Assembly (NCBI GenBank): GCA_963705305.1
Contig: OY970067.1
Coordinates: 4,608,001 to 4,672,000 of the forward strand
Length of the DNA: 64,000 nucleotides
Origin: an uncultured Methylomirabilota bacterium
GTDB lineage: Bacteria; Methylomirabilota; Methylomirabilia; Methylomirabilales; 2-02-FULL-66-22
Direction of reading: 5' to 3'
Below are positions 1 to 9,947 of this stretch, one piece after another. The translations under genes and the position numbers were made by a program. How positions within the stretch are numbered: position 1 is the first letter of the stretch; each line of letters starts with the position of its first letter. Below the pieces are notes generated by a model that did not search any database, was not told the DNA's origin, and saw only the letters and a program-made list of their open reading frames with translations.

Positions 1-18
1 GTTCACGATGGGGACAGC

Positions 19-1293
19 TCACCGGAAGCGGCGCAGCTGGGCGTCGATTTTTTGCACTGCGGCGTTCATCTCCTTGGCCGGGTCGGCTCCCTGGCGGATG
101 TTGGCGAAGGCTTGCCGCAGCAAATCCTCGTACTCGCGATAAGCGGGAGTGCGGGGACGGGTGACGGCCGTATGGATGATCTCCCAATAGAAGAGCTTGT
201 TGGGGTTGGCCTCAAACGTCTCGGGGAAGGCCTTGAAGGTCGAAAGTCGCACCGGCATGTAATTCATGATCGTGTAGTTCCGCTTGGCCGCCTCTGGATC
301 GGTGTAAGCCTTGAGAAGCTCGGCGGCCAGATCGGGCTCTTTGCTGCCCGAGAACACCCCGACGTGCCATGCCCCGGTCGGCGTCACAGGCTTCTTGAAG
401 AATGGGTGCGGGGCAACCGCCCACTTGACGTCGGGGTACTGGCTCTTGAGGGTGTTGGCTTCATAGGATGGGGCGAGGTACATGGCAAGCTTGCCGGTGT
501 AGAACAGGTTCGGGATCTGCTCGCGGGGGGAGATCTTGAAGGTATTGAAGGTATCTCCGTACCAGCGGGCCGCCGCGATGGCCTCAGGGCTGTTGAGGTA
601 TCCATTCACGGTCGCCCCGTCCGGGCTCAGGTCCCCCGCGCCCATGGACTCGATCAGCGGCAGCATCTCGTACGGGCGGTCATACTGGGAGACGGCGAAG
701 CCCCAGACGCCCGGAAGTTTCTCCATGATCTTCTTGGACAGGTCCACAACCCGGTCCCAGGTCATCCGATCCGACGGCTCGGTCCCGGGGAGCGGGAGGC
801 CCGCTTGCTTAAACAGATCAATGTTGTAGAAGAGGTCCACGCTGGTGGAACTCATGGGAGCGGACAGCTTTTTCCCCTTGTAGACGGCGATCCTCCGCTC
901 CACCTCGGTGAAATCGTTCCAGTTTTGCTGGCTGTAGTATTTATCCAGAGGCAGCAGCGCCCCCTGGTACCCGTAGGACGCGACAAGCGGGCTGTCGACG
1001 TCGAACACATCGATCCCGCTGCCCGAGGCCAGGGCGATCGCCACCTTCTGGAAATACTGATCGAAGGGGATCTCCGAAAGCATCACCTTCACCCCGGGAT
1101 GCGCCTTCTCAAAATCCGCAATTCCCCCGAGGATCGCCTGCCGGCGCGGCTCTCCCCGGGCAACCGATAGGTAATTGAGCTCGGCGGACAGGGCCGGCGT
1201 CGGACCCATGGGTAAGCCCGGAGGCGCGGCCAGCAGGCCCCCGCAGAGGACCGCGATGGCCAGCAGAACGGTCAGGACCGTACGGGATCTCAT
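19..1293 (-). CDS. ABC transporter extracellular solute-binding protein (sugar/CUT1-type)
   Basis: N-terminal signal peptide; LFYNIDLFKQAG motif typical of family-1 SBPs; ATGA overlap with the upstream gene. Confidence 0.85.
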   Translation of the reverse strand: MRSRTVLTVLLAIAVLCGGLLAAPPGLPMGPTPALSAELNYLSVARGEPRRQAILGGIADFEKAHPGVKVMLSEIPFDQYFQKVAIALASGSGIDVFDVDSPLVASYGYQGALLPLDKYYSQQNWNDFTEVERRIAVYKGKKLSAPMSSTSVDLFYNIDLFKQAGLPLPGTEPSDRMTWDRVVDLSKKIMEKLPGVWGFAVSQYDRPYEMLPLIESMGAGDLSPDGATVNGYLNSPEAIAAARWYGDTFNTFKISPREQIPNLFYTGKLAMYLAPSYEANTLKSQYPDVKWAVAPHPFFKKPVTPTGAWHVGVFSGSKEPDLAAELLKAYTDPEAAKRNYTIMNYMPVRLSTFKAFPETFEANPNKLFYWEIIHTAVTRPRTPAYREYEDLLRQAFANIRQGADPAKEMNAAVQKIDAQLRRFR

Positions 1294-2300
1294 GAGTCTC
1301 CTCCTTTCGTGCGTCGGGATCTGAGGGTGGCGAGGAACATCTCCATGAAGCGTGGCTCGTCGAGGTCGAGGGCGACCTGGGCGTTGACCGGCCCCGGCGC
1401 TGGAAAGAGGAACCGGGTCGACTCAGCATATCCGAGAAGCTGGCCGGCGGTCAATCCCTCCCCCAGCTGCACCGCCACGTGCATCGGGGTGAGCTTCAGA
1501 ATCAGTGGATCCAGTGCGAACGCCAGGGCCAGAGGGTCGTGCAGCCAAAATCCCGGCAGCCCCCGCACCTCTCTGGCAAAGCGCAGCCAGGGGCGGCTGG
1601 TCGCCGCCAAGAACTCGTGAAGCGAGGTCCCGCCTGCGGCGATGCGGTCCAGGTCGTCGGGCCGCATGAATGTCCGTGAGGTAACATCCAGGGGAACCAG
1701 CACAACTGGGGCGCCGGAGGCCAACACCACTGCCGCGGCCTCGGGATCGTAGCCGACATTGAATTCGACCGCGGGGGTCACCAGTCCCGACACGCGAATC
1801 GCCCCGCCCATGACCACGATCCCGGCCACCGCGGCCGCCACCGCCGGATCCAGCAAGAGCGCCGTTGCCACGTTCGTGCAGGGCCCGATAGCCACGATCG
1901 TCACCCCCCCGGGGCGCGCGCGGACGGCGTCGGCGATGAACTCGGCGGCCCGAGCGGCGGCGGGCCGCAACCGAGGAGGATCGAGGGGGGGCACGTCCCA
2001 ATAGCGCTCCACCGCTTGGCGGCCGCGGGCCGCCATGAGTGCCCGGATCCTCGTCGGGTCCCGCAGCAGCGGACGTTCCGCTCCCGGCACGACCGGAACC
2101 TGGCCGCGCCCCGCAATCTCCAGCAAGCGGAGGGTATTCGTCACGCCCTCTGCCTGCTCGACGTTTCCCGCCACGATGGTCAGTCCCAACAGCTCGCAAT
2201 TGGGGTGGAGAAGCCCCAGGGCGATGGCCAGCCCGTCGTCGACATCCGATCCGGGCGTTCCAATGCCGGGGTCTGTATCCAGGATGATCGTTCTGGGCAT
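1290..2300 (-). CDS. Nucleoside hydrolase (IunH/Rih family)
   Basis: IILDTDPG...DDGLAI, IVAIGPCTNVA, EFNVGYDPEAA and LHDPLA motifs; ATG at 2300 with purine-rich RBS. Confidence 0.9.
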   Translation of the reverse strand: MPRTIILDTDPGIGTPGSDVDDGLAIALGLLHPNCELLGLTIVAGNVEQAEGVTNTLRLLEIAGRGQVPVVPGAERPLLRDPTRIRALMAARGRQAVERYWDVPPLDPPRLRPAAARAAEFIADAVRARPGGVTIVAIGPCTNVATALLLDPAVAAAVAGIVVMGGAIRVSGLVTPAVEFNVGYDPEAAAVVLASGAPVVLVPLDVTSRTFMRPDDLDRIAAGGTSLHEFLAATSRPWLRFAREVRGLPGFWLHDPLALAFALDPLILKLTPMHVAVQLGEGLTAGQLLGYAESTRFLFPAPGPVNAQVALDLDEPRFMEMFLATLRSRRTKGGDS

Positions 2301-2370
2301 GCTCTCCCTCTCCTCGAGCGTCCCGGTCGGAGTCCAGGCGGCTCCCCCGCCAGCGGGCTCCATCCTCACC

Positions 2371-3408
2371 TCAGGTGTACACCTGGATTTTGTCGGAGGG
2401 GATGAGGAGGCGCACCGGACCGGGAGGCCGGAGATCCGGGCTGTCGGCCATGACCATGAAGCTCCCGATCCGAACGTAGTGGCGGTAGTGGGCGCCCAGG
2501 AACAGACTTTCCTCCAACATCCCCGACAGCACCGCCACCCCGGTGGGGCCCGGGCCGGACTCCTCCTCCAAACGGACGTCGGAGGCGCGAAAGATGAGCG
2601 TGGCCCTCCCGCGCGCCGGCCCTCCGTACGGAACGGCCTGCCCCCCCACCACCACCCGGCCCTCGCTCGCCTCCCCTTCCAGCTGGTTGCTGACCCCGAG
2701 AAACTCCGCGGCGAAGGCTGTACTGGGTCGGAGGTAGATATCCTGCGGGGTGCCCGTCTGGACGATCCGGCCCTGATCCATCAGGACCACGGTGTCGGCC
2801 AGAGCCAGCGCCTCCTCCTGGTCGTGCGTGACGTAGATGGCGGTGATCCCGACCTGCCGCTGGACGCGCCGAAGCTCCACGCGCAGCCGCTGGCGCACTT
2901 TGGCATCCAGGTTGGAGAGGGGCTCGTCCATCAGGAGGACTTTGGGCTCCACCACCAGCGCCCGGGCCAGCGCCACGCGCTGTTGCTGCCCCCCGCTGAG
3001 CGCGCCGGGCTTGCGGCTCTCGACGTCCTCCAGGCTGCCGATCTCCACCAGCTCCAGGACGCGGCGCACCCGTCTTTGGATGTCGGCCCGAGGAACTTTC
3101 TGGAGCCGCAGTCCGTAGGCCACGTTCTCGAAAATGGTCATGTGGGGCCACAAGGCATAGTTCTGGAACACCATGGCCGTGCCGCGCCGCTGCGGCGGCA
3201 ATCCCGAGACCTCCTCGGCGTCGAAGAAGATGCGGCCCGCATCCAGCTGGAGGAATCCCGCGATGCTCCGCAGGAGCGTGGTTTTCCCGCAGCCGCTAGG
3301 GCCCAGGATGGCCGTCAGGGCGCCGCTCTTGAAAGTCAAGGTGGCGCCCTTCAGTGCGCCGACCTTCCCGTACGCCTTCCGTATGTCCTCAACGCGAACC
3401 TCGACCAT
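2371..3408 (-). CDS. ABC transporter ATP-binding protein (PotA/FbpC-like)
   Basis: Walker A GPSGCGKTT, signature LSGGQQQRVALAR, Walker B LLMDEPLSNLD. Confidence 0.95.
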   Translation of the reverse strand: MVEVRVEDIRKAYGKVGALKGATLTFKSGALTAILGPSGCGKTTLLRSIAGFLQLDAGRIFFDAEEVSGLPPQRRGTAMVFQNYALWPHMTIFENVAYGLRLQKVPRADIQRRVRRVLELVEIGSLEDVESRKPGALSGGQQQRVALARALVVEPKVLLMDEPLSNLDAKVRQRLRVELRRVQRQVGITAIYVTHDQEEALALADTVVLMDQGRIVQTGTPQDIYLRPSTAFAAEFLGVSNQLEGEASEGRVVVGGQAVPYGGPARGRATLIFRASDVRLEEESGPGPTGVAVLSGMLEESLFLGAHYRHYVRIGSFMVMADSPDLRPPGPVRLLIPSDKIQVYT

Positions 3409-3476
3409 GGCACCCCTTTGCAGCCGCGCTCCCGGACCTAGATCATAGCGGGATCTGGAATAACTGTCTTCGCGCA

Positions 3477-3620
3477 AGGCTGCTCAAAAAGGCCCAGGTG
3501 CAAGGCGCCGCGCCGGGTACCCATCCGCAGGATGGGTGCAGGCGCGAGCCGTACTTTGCGCGTACGTCGCAGCGCCGCGCGAGCGCGCCAACGCCGCAGA
3601 TGGGCCTTTTTCAGCAGCGT
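3477..3620. mobile_element. MITE-like intergenic repeat, copy 1
   Basis: Terminal inverted repeats GCTGCTCAAAAAGGCCCA (3479-3496) / TGGGCCTTTTTCAGCAGC (3601-3618); closely similar to the copy at 22316-22441; extra internal hairpin ACCCATCC-GCA-GGATGGGT. Confidence 0.8.
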
Positions 3621-3621
3621 T

Positions 3622-4443
3622 TCAGATGCGCCCGAACATGCTGAGGTACTCCGACTTCATGTAGCGCTCCAGAAGGAGCAGCAGCAGGATGCCCGGCACC
3701 ATCAGGATCAAGGCGCTGATGGAGGCCACCTGCAGCTCATATCCCATCGAGGTCCGGTACATGTAGACCGGCAGGGTGAGCACGAATGGGCTGCCCACCA
3801 GCAGGGTCCCCGTGAACTCGTCCAGCGAATAGAGGAATACCAGCAGCGTGCTGGCGATGATCCCCGGCGTGGCCAACGGAAGCGACACGGAGTAGAAACT
3901 CTTGAATCGCGAGGCGCCCAGATTGATGGCGGCCTCCTCCAGCGTCTCGGGTACGGACTTGAAGACCGCCGTCATCGTCCAGACGGCGAATACCAGGGCC
4001 CCCACCATGTGGATCAGCACCACCCCGCCCAGCTTCCCGCCCAGGTTCACCCGGTACAGCAGCGTCGTGGAATTGACGAAGACGGGAAGCTGGGGAAACG
4101 CCTGGGGGAGGAGGAAGATCATGAGGATGAGGGGCTTGAACGGAATGGGCAGGCGGGCCAGGACGTATGCCAGGGGGATGGTGATGATGAGCGTGAGCAC
4201 CGTGACCACTCCCGCAATGAAAAAGCCGTCCCGCAGCGCCCGCAGCATGTCCCCCTCGAACACCTTGCCCCAATAGAACAGGCCGACCTGCTGGGGAAAC
4301 AGGTGCGGCCAATACCATTTTTCCGCGAAGGACCAGATGAGCAGGCTGGAGAGGGGGAGACAGATGACCACCCCGGCCGCTGCCACCCCGGCCATGCGGA
4401 GCGTCTGTCGGGTCAAACTCCGGCTGGCTCCCGTGTTCCCCAT
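3622..4443 (-). CDS. ABC transporter permease (PotC-like)
   Basis: Multiple hydrophobic segments; EAA motif LEEAAINLGAS. Confidence 0.9.
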   Translation of the reverse strand: MGNTGASRSLTRQTLRMAGVAAAGVVICLPLSSLLIWSFAEKWYWPHLFPQQVGLFYWGKVFEGDMLRALRDGFFIAGVVTVLTLIITIPLAYVLARLPIPFKPLILMIFLLPQAFPQLPVFVNSTTLLYRVNLGGKLGGVVLIHMVGALVFAVWTMTAVFKSVPETLEEAAINLGASRFKSFYSVSLPLATPGIIASTLLVFLYSLDEFTGTLLVGSPFVLTLPVYMYRTSMGYELQVASISALILMVPGILLLLLLERYMKSEYLSMFGRI

Positions 4444-4448
4444 CCGCC

Positions 4449-5270
4449 TCAGGGCTCCTTCTGTGTGATGGTCCTGAGATAGTACCCCGCCACACCCATC
4501 GCCAGGAGGTATGACACCACCCCCAGCGCATTGGCTGTCCCGTAATCCCCCTGGTAATTGATCCGGTAGTACACATCGATCATGACCATCTGTGGAGGCT
4601 CCCCGCTTCCGATCATCAACGGGACGGAGAAGGCGGCCAGCATGGAGGTGAACATGAAGGCCCCCGCCACCGCCAGCGAGGCCCGCGACATGGGCAACAG
4701 AATGTCCCGAATCTGCCGGAACGTCGAGGCCCCGAAGTTGCGGGCCGCCTCCAGGAACGTCTCGTCCACGGAGCGGTAGGCGCCCAGCACCAGGAGAATT
4801 GCCAGGGCCAGGTTCTTCCAGATGAGAGAGACGGCGATGCCCATCCAGCCAAAGGCGATGGAGGGCGGATCGCTGAAGTTGATGAGCCCCACCTGGCTCA
4901 GGAAGGAGTTCAGGGTGCCCTTCGGGGCCAGCAGGACCCGCATGGCGTGGCCGACCACCACGAAGGGGATGAAGAGGGGGACCTTGAACAGAAACTCCAC
5001 CGGCCTATTGATGTGCACGCGGAGGTAGCCGCAGAGAAACACGGCTATCCCCAGGACCACCGCGAGGCTGAAGAACGCAATCCAGAGCGTGTACAGGATA
5101 TCGGTTCGGTACAGTCTCCAGACGAGGGAGTAGTTGTGGAGACTCCACCGGCCGTCATGCAGGAGGCTCAGGTGCGCCGAGGAGAGGAACGGGATGAAGA
5201 AGAGCCAGATGACGATGGCCAGCGGGGGGAGGGCGATAATGAGACAAGCGATGCGGGTGGTCAGTCGCAT
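4449..5270 (-). CDS. ABC transporter permease (PotB-like)
   Basis: Hydrophobic segments; EAA motif FLEAARNFGAS. Confidence 0.9.
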   Translation of the reverse strand: MRLTTRIACLIIALPPLAIVIWLFFIPFLSSAHLSLLHDGRWSLHNYSLVWRLYRTDILYTLWIAFFSLAVVLGIAVFLCGYLRVHINRPVEFLFKVPLFIPFVVVGHAMRVLLAPKGTLNSFLSQVGLINFSDPPSIAFGWMGIAVSLIWKNLALAILLVLGAYRSVDETFLEAARNFGASTFRQIRDILLPMSRASLAVAGAFMFTSMLAAFSVPLMIGSGEPPQMVMIDVYYRINYQGDYGTANALGVVSYLLAMGVAGYYLRTITQKEP

Positions 5271-5280
5271 AGGTCCCGGA

Positions 5281-5305
5281 GGGCGAGGCCGGCTCGGCCT
5301 CGCCC
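5281..5305. terminator. GC-rich stem-loop between SBP and permease genes (terminator or mRNA stabiliser)
   Basis: GGGCGAGGCCG-GCT-CGGCCTCGCCC perfect inverted repeat; no U-tract. Confidence 0.45.
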
Positions 5306-5327
5306 CCTCTCCAGGCTGATGGCGGGA

Positions 5328-6480
5328 TCAGTTTTCCTCGTAGGCGGTCAGCAGATCCTTGAAGTACTGTCCCTCGGGAAAGACCAGCCCGTACTTGGAC
5401 AGGACGTTCCGGCGGCACATCGCGGAAGAGCATCTCTCTGGCCTTGGCCGAAACCTCCGGCAGCACGTACTTGGCGTCGATGCCCGGGAGCCACCCGTTC
5501 CGCTCCACGATTACCCTGGCCTGCTGCACGGGCGAAGTGACGAACTCCACGTACTTCTTCGCCATCTCGGCGTTGGCGGCCGCCGCCGGGACCACCAGGT
5601 ACATGGGCTGTCCCGGGATGCCCGGCGCGATCAGCTTCATCTTGATCTTGGGATCCATGCGGCCTTCGTTTTTCATGTTGACCAGCATGTCCACCCAAAC
5701 CGGGCCCATGGCGATCTCGCCCCGATTGATCTTATCCAGGGTATCGTTGTTGCTGGTTGTCATGATCACGGGCAGGGCTTTCAGCTCTTTGATGACCGCC
5801 GGCCAGCCGGACTCCGCGCCCTTGTCATAGGGACCCTTGGCGTATGTCTGGTACTGCCCCGTCTTCCAGTAGGCCCAGCCGGTGGTGAACGCCACCCCGC
5901 TCATGCCGCCCTTGACCCCGTTGTAGCCGAACTTCCGGGGATTGGCCTTGATCCAGGCGACCAGCTCCTCATAGCTGTTGGGCGGGTTCTTCACCATGTC
6001 AGGGTTATACGCCAGAACCACCTGGCTGTGAAACATGGGCATCACGTACCCTTCCACGTCGAAGCCCAGGGCGTTCCGCCCGTCCGCCGCCGTCATGTAC
6101 TTGTAGGTGCCGATCTCCGGGGCGTACTTGGCCAGGAGACCGCTCTGGATCATGTCCGGCATAATGCTCTGATGGACGATGGCCACATCCATATCCCACT
6201 TGGCCACCCCGGCGTCCTTCTCGCTCTTGAGCTTTTGGAAGATCACCCGGCTCCCCGGATCCCCCGGGCCGCTCCCCACGGCATTGATCTCCACGTTGGG
6301 GTGCAGCTTCGTGAACTCCGGCCCGAAGACGTTCTTCTGGAGCTCGTGCATGTTGGTGTCCCCGGCGGTCACCACGTTGAGGACGATCTTTTCCGCCGCC
6401 CCCGCCGGTCCAATCCACCCCCATCCGAGAAACGCCAGGGCCAGCACCCCGCCCACCGCCCAAAACTTCACGCCCCTCAT
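5328..6480 (-). CDS. ABC transporter solute-binding protein (polyamine/thiamine-like), apparent +1 frameshift at ~5407
   Basis: Signal peptide MRGVKFWAVGG..., LAYNPDMVKNPPNSYEEL motif; removing one T at 5407/5408 gives the C-terminus PPDVLSKYGLVFPEGQYFKDLLTAYEEN* (TGA at 5328) instead of a run-on into the permease. Confidence 0.8.
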
Positions 6481-6656
6481 CGCCGACCTCCCTTCTCCGT
6501 CCCGCTCAGGGAAGAATTGTCTGCCGCCGACACCCGTCGATCCGACAGGGGCGGTCCGATCCGGCCTCAGAGAGTGAACCGAGATTTTCATGGGGTCGTG
6601 AACGGCGAATGACACTTCCGTGACAGTCCTGCTCTCCCCTCCCAGGACCACTCGGA

Positions 6657-6686
6657 ACTCTATCCTTAGTCAACTGAGAGTGTCAA
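6657..6686 (-). promoter_or_regulatory. Putative sigma-70 promoter of the ABC operon with overlapping direct repeat
   Basis: Minus strand TTGACA-N18-TAGAGT; GTCAACTG repeated at 6669 and 6682. Confidence 0.5.
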
Positions 6687-6866
6687 CTGCAATTCCGGAC
6701 CCGAACCGCTGCAGACGAAAAACTGGGCAGTCAGACCTCCCGGCCGCCCAGCCGATGGGCAGGTCCTTCGTCGTCCCGCCTCTCCCAGCCAGACGAAAGA
6801 CCCGCAACGTTTTGTTTTCACTGATCTGGCAAGGCCAAGCATTTTGATCCATCTGATCCATATGGC

Positions 6867-6882
6867 TGGCACGGAAGCTGCT
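6867..6882 (+). promoter_or_regulatory. Sigma-54 (-24/-12) promoter of the NifA-like gene
   Basis: TGGCACGGAAGCTGCT = GG-N10-GC. Confidence 0.7.
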
Positions 6883-6899
6883 TTTTCCATCTTCGACAG

Positions 6900-8585
6900 T
6901 TGGCGAGCACAAGTTTTACATCCCAAACATCTGATTTTCTGGAGGTCGCTATCCGAGCGCCAACCCGGCAAAGCGAGAACCAGCCGATCGATCGCCGCCT
7001 CCTGGAGCTGACGACCCTCTACGAGATCAGTAAGATTCTCGGGTCGTCGCTGATCCTGGAGCAGAACCTGACCGGCATCCTGCGGATCCTCAGCTCGTTC
7101 ATGGGGATGCGTAAGGGCACTATCTTGCTGTACGACGCCCTGACGGGCGAGCTTGCCATTCGCCTGGCCCTGGGCATGACCCCCGAGGAGATGGCCCGTG
7201 GCAAGTATCAGAAAGGTGAGGGGATCCTCGGAAAGGTCATACAGCATGGCGTCCCCATGGTGATCCCCGACATCGGCAAGGAACCCCTGTTCCTCGACCG
7301 TACCCTTTCGCGGGGTGATCTGTCCGCCCAGCACATCGCCTTTATCGCTGTCCCGATCAAGGCGGCCGGCGAGACGATCGGCGTCCTCAGCGTGGACCGG
7401 CTCTTTGCCGAAGGCGTGTCCTTCGAGGAAGACGTGCGGGTCCTTACTATCGTCGCCTCGTTGATCGGGCAGACCGTCAACCTCCACCGGCACGTGGCGC
7501 AGGAGCGGGAGGGTCTGCTAGAGCAGACCCGCAGCCTGCAGCAGGCCCTGACAAGCCGCTACCGATTGGGGAATATCGTCGGGCAGAGCAAGCGGATGCG
7601 GGAAATCTACCAGGCGGTGGAGCAGGTGTCCCAGACGCGGGCCACCGTTCTCATCCGGGGGGAAAGCGGCACCGGGAAGGAGTTGATCGCCCGCGCCATC
7701 CACTTCAACTCGCCCCGCGCTGCCGGTGTTTTCGTGAGACTCAACTGCGCCGCCCTGCCCCAGAGCCTGCTGGAGAGCGAACTGTTCGGCCACGAGAAAG
7801 GGGCATTCACCGGGGCCATCGCGGCCAAAAAGGGACGCTTCGAGCTCGCCGATGGGGGGAGTTTGTTCCTGGACGAGATCGGGGACATGCCCATGCCCGT
7901 TCAGGTGAAGCTCCTGCGGGTCTTGCAGGAGCGCTGTTTCGAGCGTGTCGGCGGCACCCGAACCATCACGGTGGACGTGAGGATCATCGCGGCAACCCAC
8001 AAGGACCTGGAGTCCGCTATTGCCCGCAGCGAATTCCGCGAGGATCTCTACTACCGGCTGAACGTGGTCCCCATCCTGCTTCCTTCACTGCGCGAACGGA
8101 GGGAGGACATCCCGCTCTTAATCGAGCATTTCCTGGCCAAGTACAACCGAGAGAACAACCGGAAGGTGCGGATCACCGGCCGGGTCCTGCAGACCATGCT
8201 GAACTACGACTGGCCGGGAAACGTCCGCGAGCTGGAGAACTGCATCGAGCGGATGGTCATTATGACGCGCCGGCGATTGGTGCTTCCCGAGGATCTACCC
8301 CTCCCCGTCGAGGCGGCGTCCGACGGGCCGGAGGATGCGCCGCGACACCCGGCCCCGGCGCGCGGGCGCGCACCCGCCGGCGGAGCGGCGGCGGCCGGCT
8401 TCTCCAATCTCCGGGACCTAGAGCGCCAGCAGATCATCCAGGCCCTGGGCCGCGCGAACGGCGTGCAGGCTCGGGCCGCCGCCTTGCTCGGCATCACACC
8501 CCGCCAGCTCGGCTATCGGATGCGAAGGCACAACATTGTCCGGGCCTTCAGGACGGCAAACGAAGAGCTGTCCGTGGAGGCCTGA
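6900..8585 (+). CDS. NifA-like sigma-54 enhancer-binding protein (GAF-AAA+-Fis HTH); start uncertain (TTG 6900 or ATC 6951)
   Basis: GAF domain, [57 protein letters not shown] closely resembles the NifA HTH. Confidence 0.85.
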   Translation: MASTSFTSQTSDFLEVAIRAPTRQSENQPIDRRLLELTTLYEISKILGSSLILEQNLTGILRILSSFMGMRKGTILLYDALTGELAIRLALGMTPEEMARGKYQKGEGILGKVIQHGVPMVIPDIGKEPLFLDRTLSRGDLSAQHIAFIAVPIKAAGETIGVLSVDRLFAEGVSFEEDVRVLTIVASLIGQTVNLHRHVAQEREGLLEQTRSLQQALTSRYRLGNIVGQSKRMREIYQAVEQVSQTRATVLIRGESGTGKELIARAIHFNSPRAAGVFVRLNCAALPQSLLESELFGHEKGAFTGAIAAKKGRFELADGGSLFLDEIGDMPMPVQVKLLRVLQERCFERVGGTRTITVDVRIIAATHKDLESAIARSEFREDLYYRLNVVPILLPSLRERREDIPLLIEHFLAKYNRENNRKVRITGRVLQTMLNYDWPGNVRELENCIERMVIMTRRRLVLPEDLPLPVEAASDGPEDAPRHPAPARGRAPAGGAAAAGFSNLRDLERQQIIQALGRANGVQARAAALLGITPRQLGYRMRRHNIVRAFRTANEELSVEA

Positions 8586-8713
8586 TCGCCGCCATCCTTC
8601 TGCGTTCCTGCCAGCCGCCCCCTGCCTCCCCGACATCCGGACGCATTCTTGCCGGTCCGCTGCTCACCGTCGGCCCCTCGGCCCCAGGGCAAAGCGCGCT
8701 GCCTGCGGGCACG

Positions 8714-9673
8714 TCAGGTTTTGGGTCTTTTGGCCTCCTCTGTTTCTTTTGGCGGTGAAAGACCGAAGGCCAGCCCGCGCAGCTTCCACAGCCAGGCTGC
8801 CAGTCTTGACGTGGGATGCTGGTGCGTAGCGCGATATGTCACCACCACCGCTTCTGGGTTGGCCAGGGCCTTCCGGAACTCCAGAGCGCTCGGGAATCGA
8901 TCACGGGGATTGCGCTCGAGCGCATGCAGGATGATCTCCTCAAGCTGGGGGGAGATGTCGCGCCGCAGGTGGCTCGGCGGAATCGGATTCTTCAGAATCT
9001 TCGCTTGCAGCACAGCGTACACGTTTCGGCCCGTAAAGGGAACCTTGCCGGTCAGCATCTCGTACAGGATGACCCCCAGGCTGTAGGTGTCTGTGCGCGC
9101 GCTCCCGCGCTGTCCCTTGATCTGCTCGGGTGCCATATAGTTGGGCGTGCCGACCGGCTGCGACAACCCCGACCAGGTCATCCTGCGCTGGGATGCGTCG
9201 AAGGCAATGCCGAAGTCCATAAGCTTTATTCTCCCCGGCGGCAGGATCATGAGGTTGTCGGGCTTGAGATCACGATGCACCACATTGCGATCGTGCAAAT
9301 AGACGAGGATGTCTGCAATCTGAATCGCGAAATCCAGCGCCCGCGCAACGGGGAGTCGGCGTTCGCGCTGCAGCCGGGTGCTCAGCGGCTCCCCCTCCAC
9401 ATACTCCATCACGAGATAGAGGCGGCTCCGCTCCTGCACACGATAGGTCTTGATGATCCCCGGGTGATCGAGCGAGAGCCCGATGTTCTCCTCACGGATG
9501 AACCGTTGATGGAAGACCATGTCCCCCGCGTACTGAAGGTACGGCACCTTCAACACAGCGGTGCGGTCCTGCTTGGTATCGCGGGCACGAAATACCGTGG
9601 CCATGCCGCTGCGGGCAATGATGTCGAGAAGCTGAAACTGGTCGAGCATCTGTCCGGGAGCAGGCTCAGCCAT
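8714..9673 (-). CDS. Hanks-type Ser/Thr protein kinase, cytoplasmic
   Basis: SGMATVFRA, VLK, HRDLKPDN, DFG, GTPNYMAPE motifs; no PASTA domain or clear TM. Confidence 0.93.
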   Translation of the reverse strand: MAEPAPGQMLDQFQLLDIIARSGMATVFRARDTKQDRTAVLKVPYLQYAGDMVFHQRFIREENIGLSLDHPGIIKTYRVQERSRLYLVMEYVEGEPLSTRLQRERRLPVARALDFAIQIADILVYLHDRNVVHRDLKPDNLMILPPGRIKLMDFGIAFDASQRRMTWSGLSQPVGTPNYMAPEQIKGQRGSARTDTYSLGVILYEMLTGKVPFTGRNVYAVLQAKILKNPIPPSHLRRDISPQLEEIILHALERNPRDRFPSALEFRKALANPEAVVVTYRATHQHPTSRLAAWLWKLRGLAFGLSPPKETEEAKRPKT

Positions 9674-9947
9674 CCCAGCCCTCAGTTGCCGAGAAGTTCT
9701 CCGGTATCCAACGCCCAGGCAACCATGGGTGCTGGCATGGAGGTTGGCCGAGCAGCCACCCCCGCCGTCTGGCGACGACGCCACGACTGCCGCCCCCGGG
9801 TGGCGTGGACCGGCTGGGCTGCCCCCCAGGTCGTCCACAACGCGTCGCGGGTGCGGAGATCACGGACCACCCTCGGGTCGGCGCCCCGCCCGCAAACCTA
9901 ATCGAAAGCAGGAAGCTTGTCAATCGATGGACAGGCCGGCGACAGGC

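Noticed and set aside
9674..9947. Small ORFs between the phosphatase and kinase genes (9682-9870, 9666-9923)
   Set aside because: No motif, low-complexity translations, no convincing RBS and start pair.
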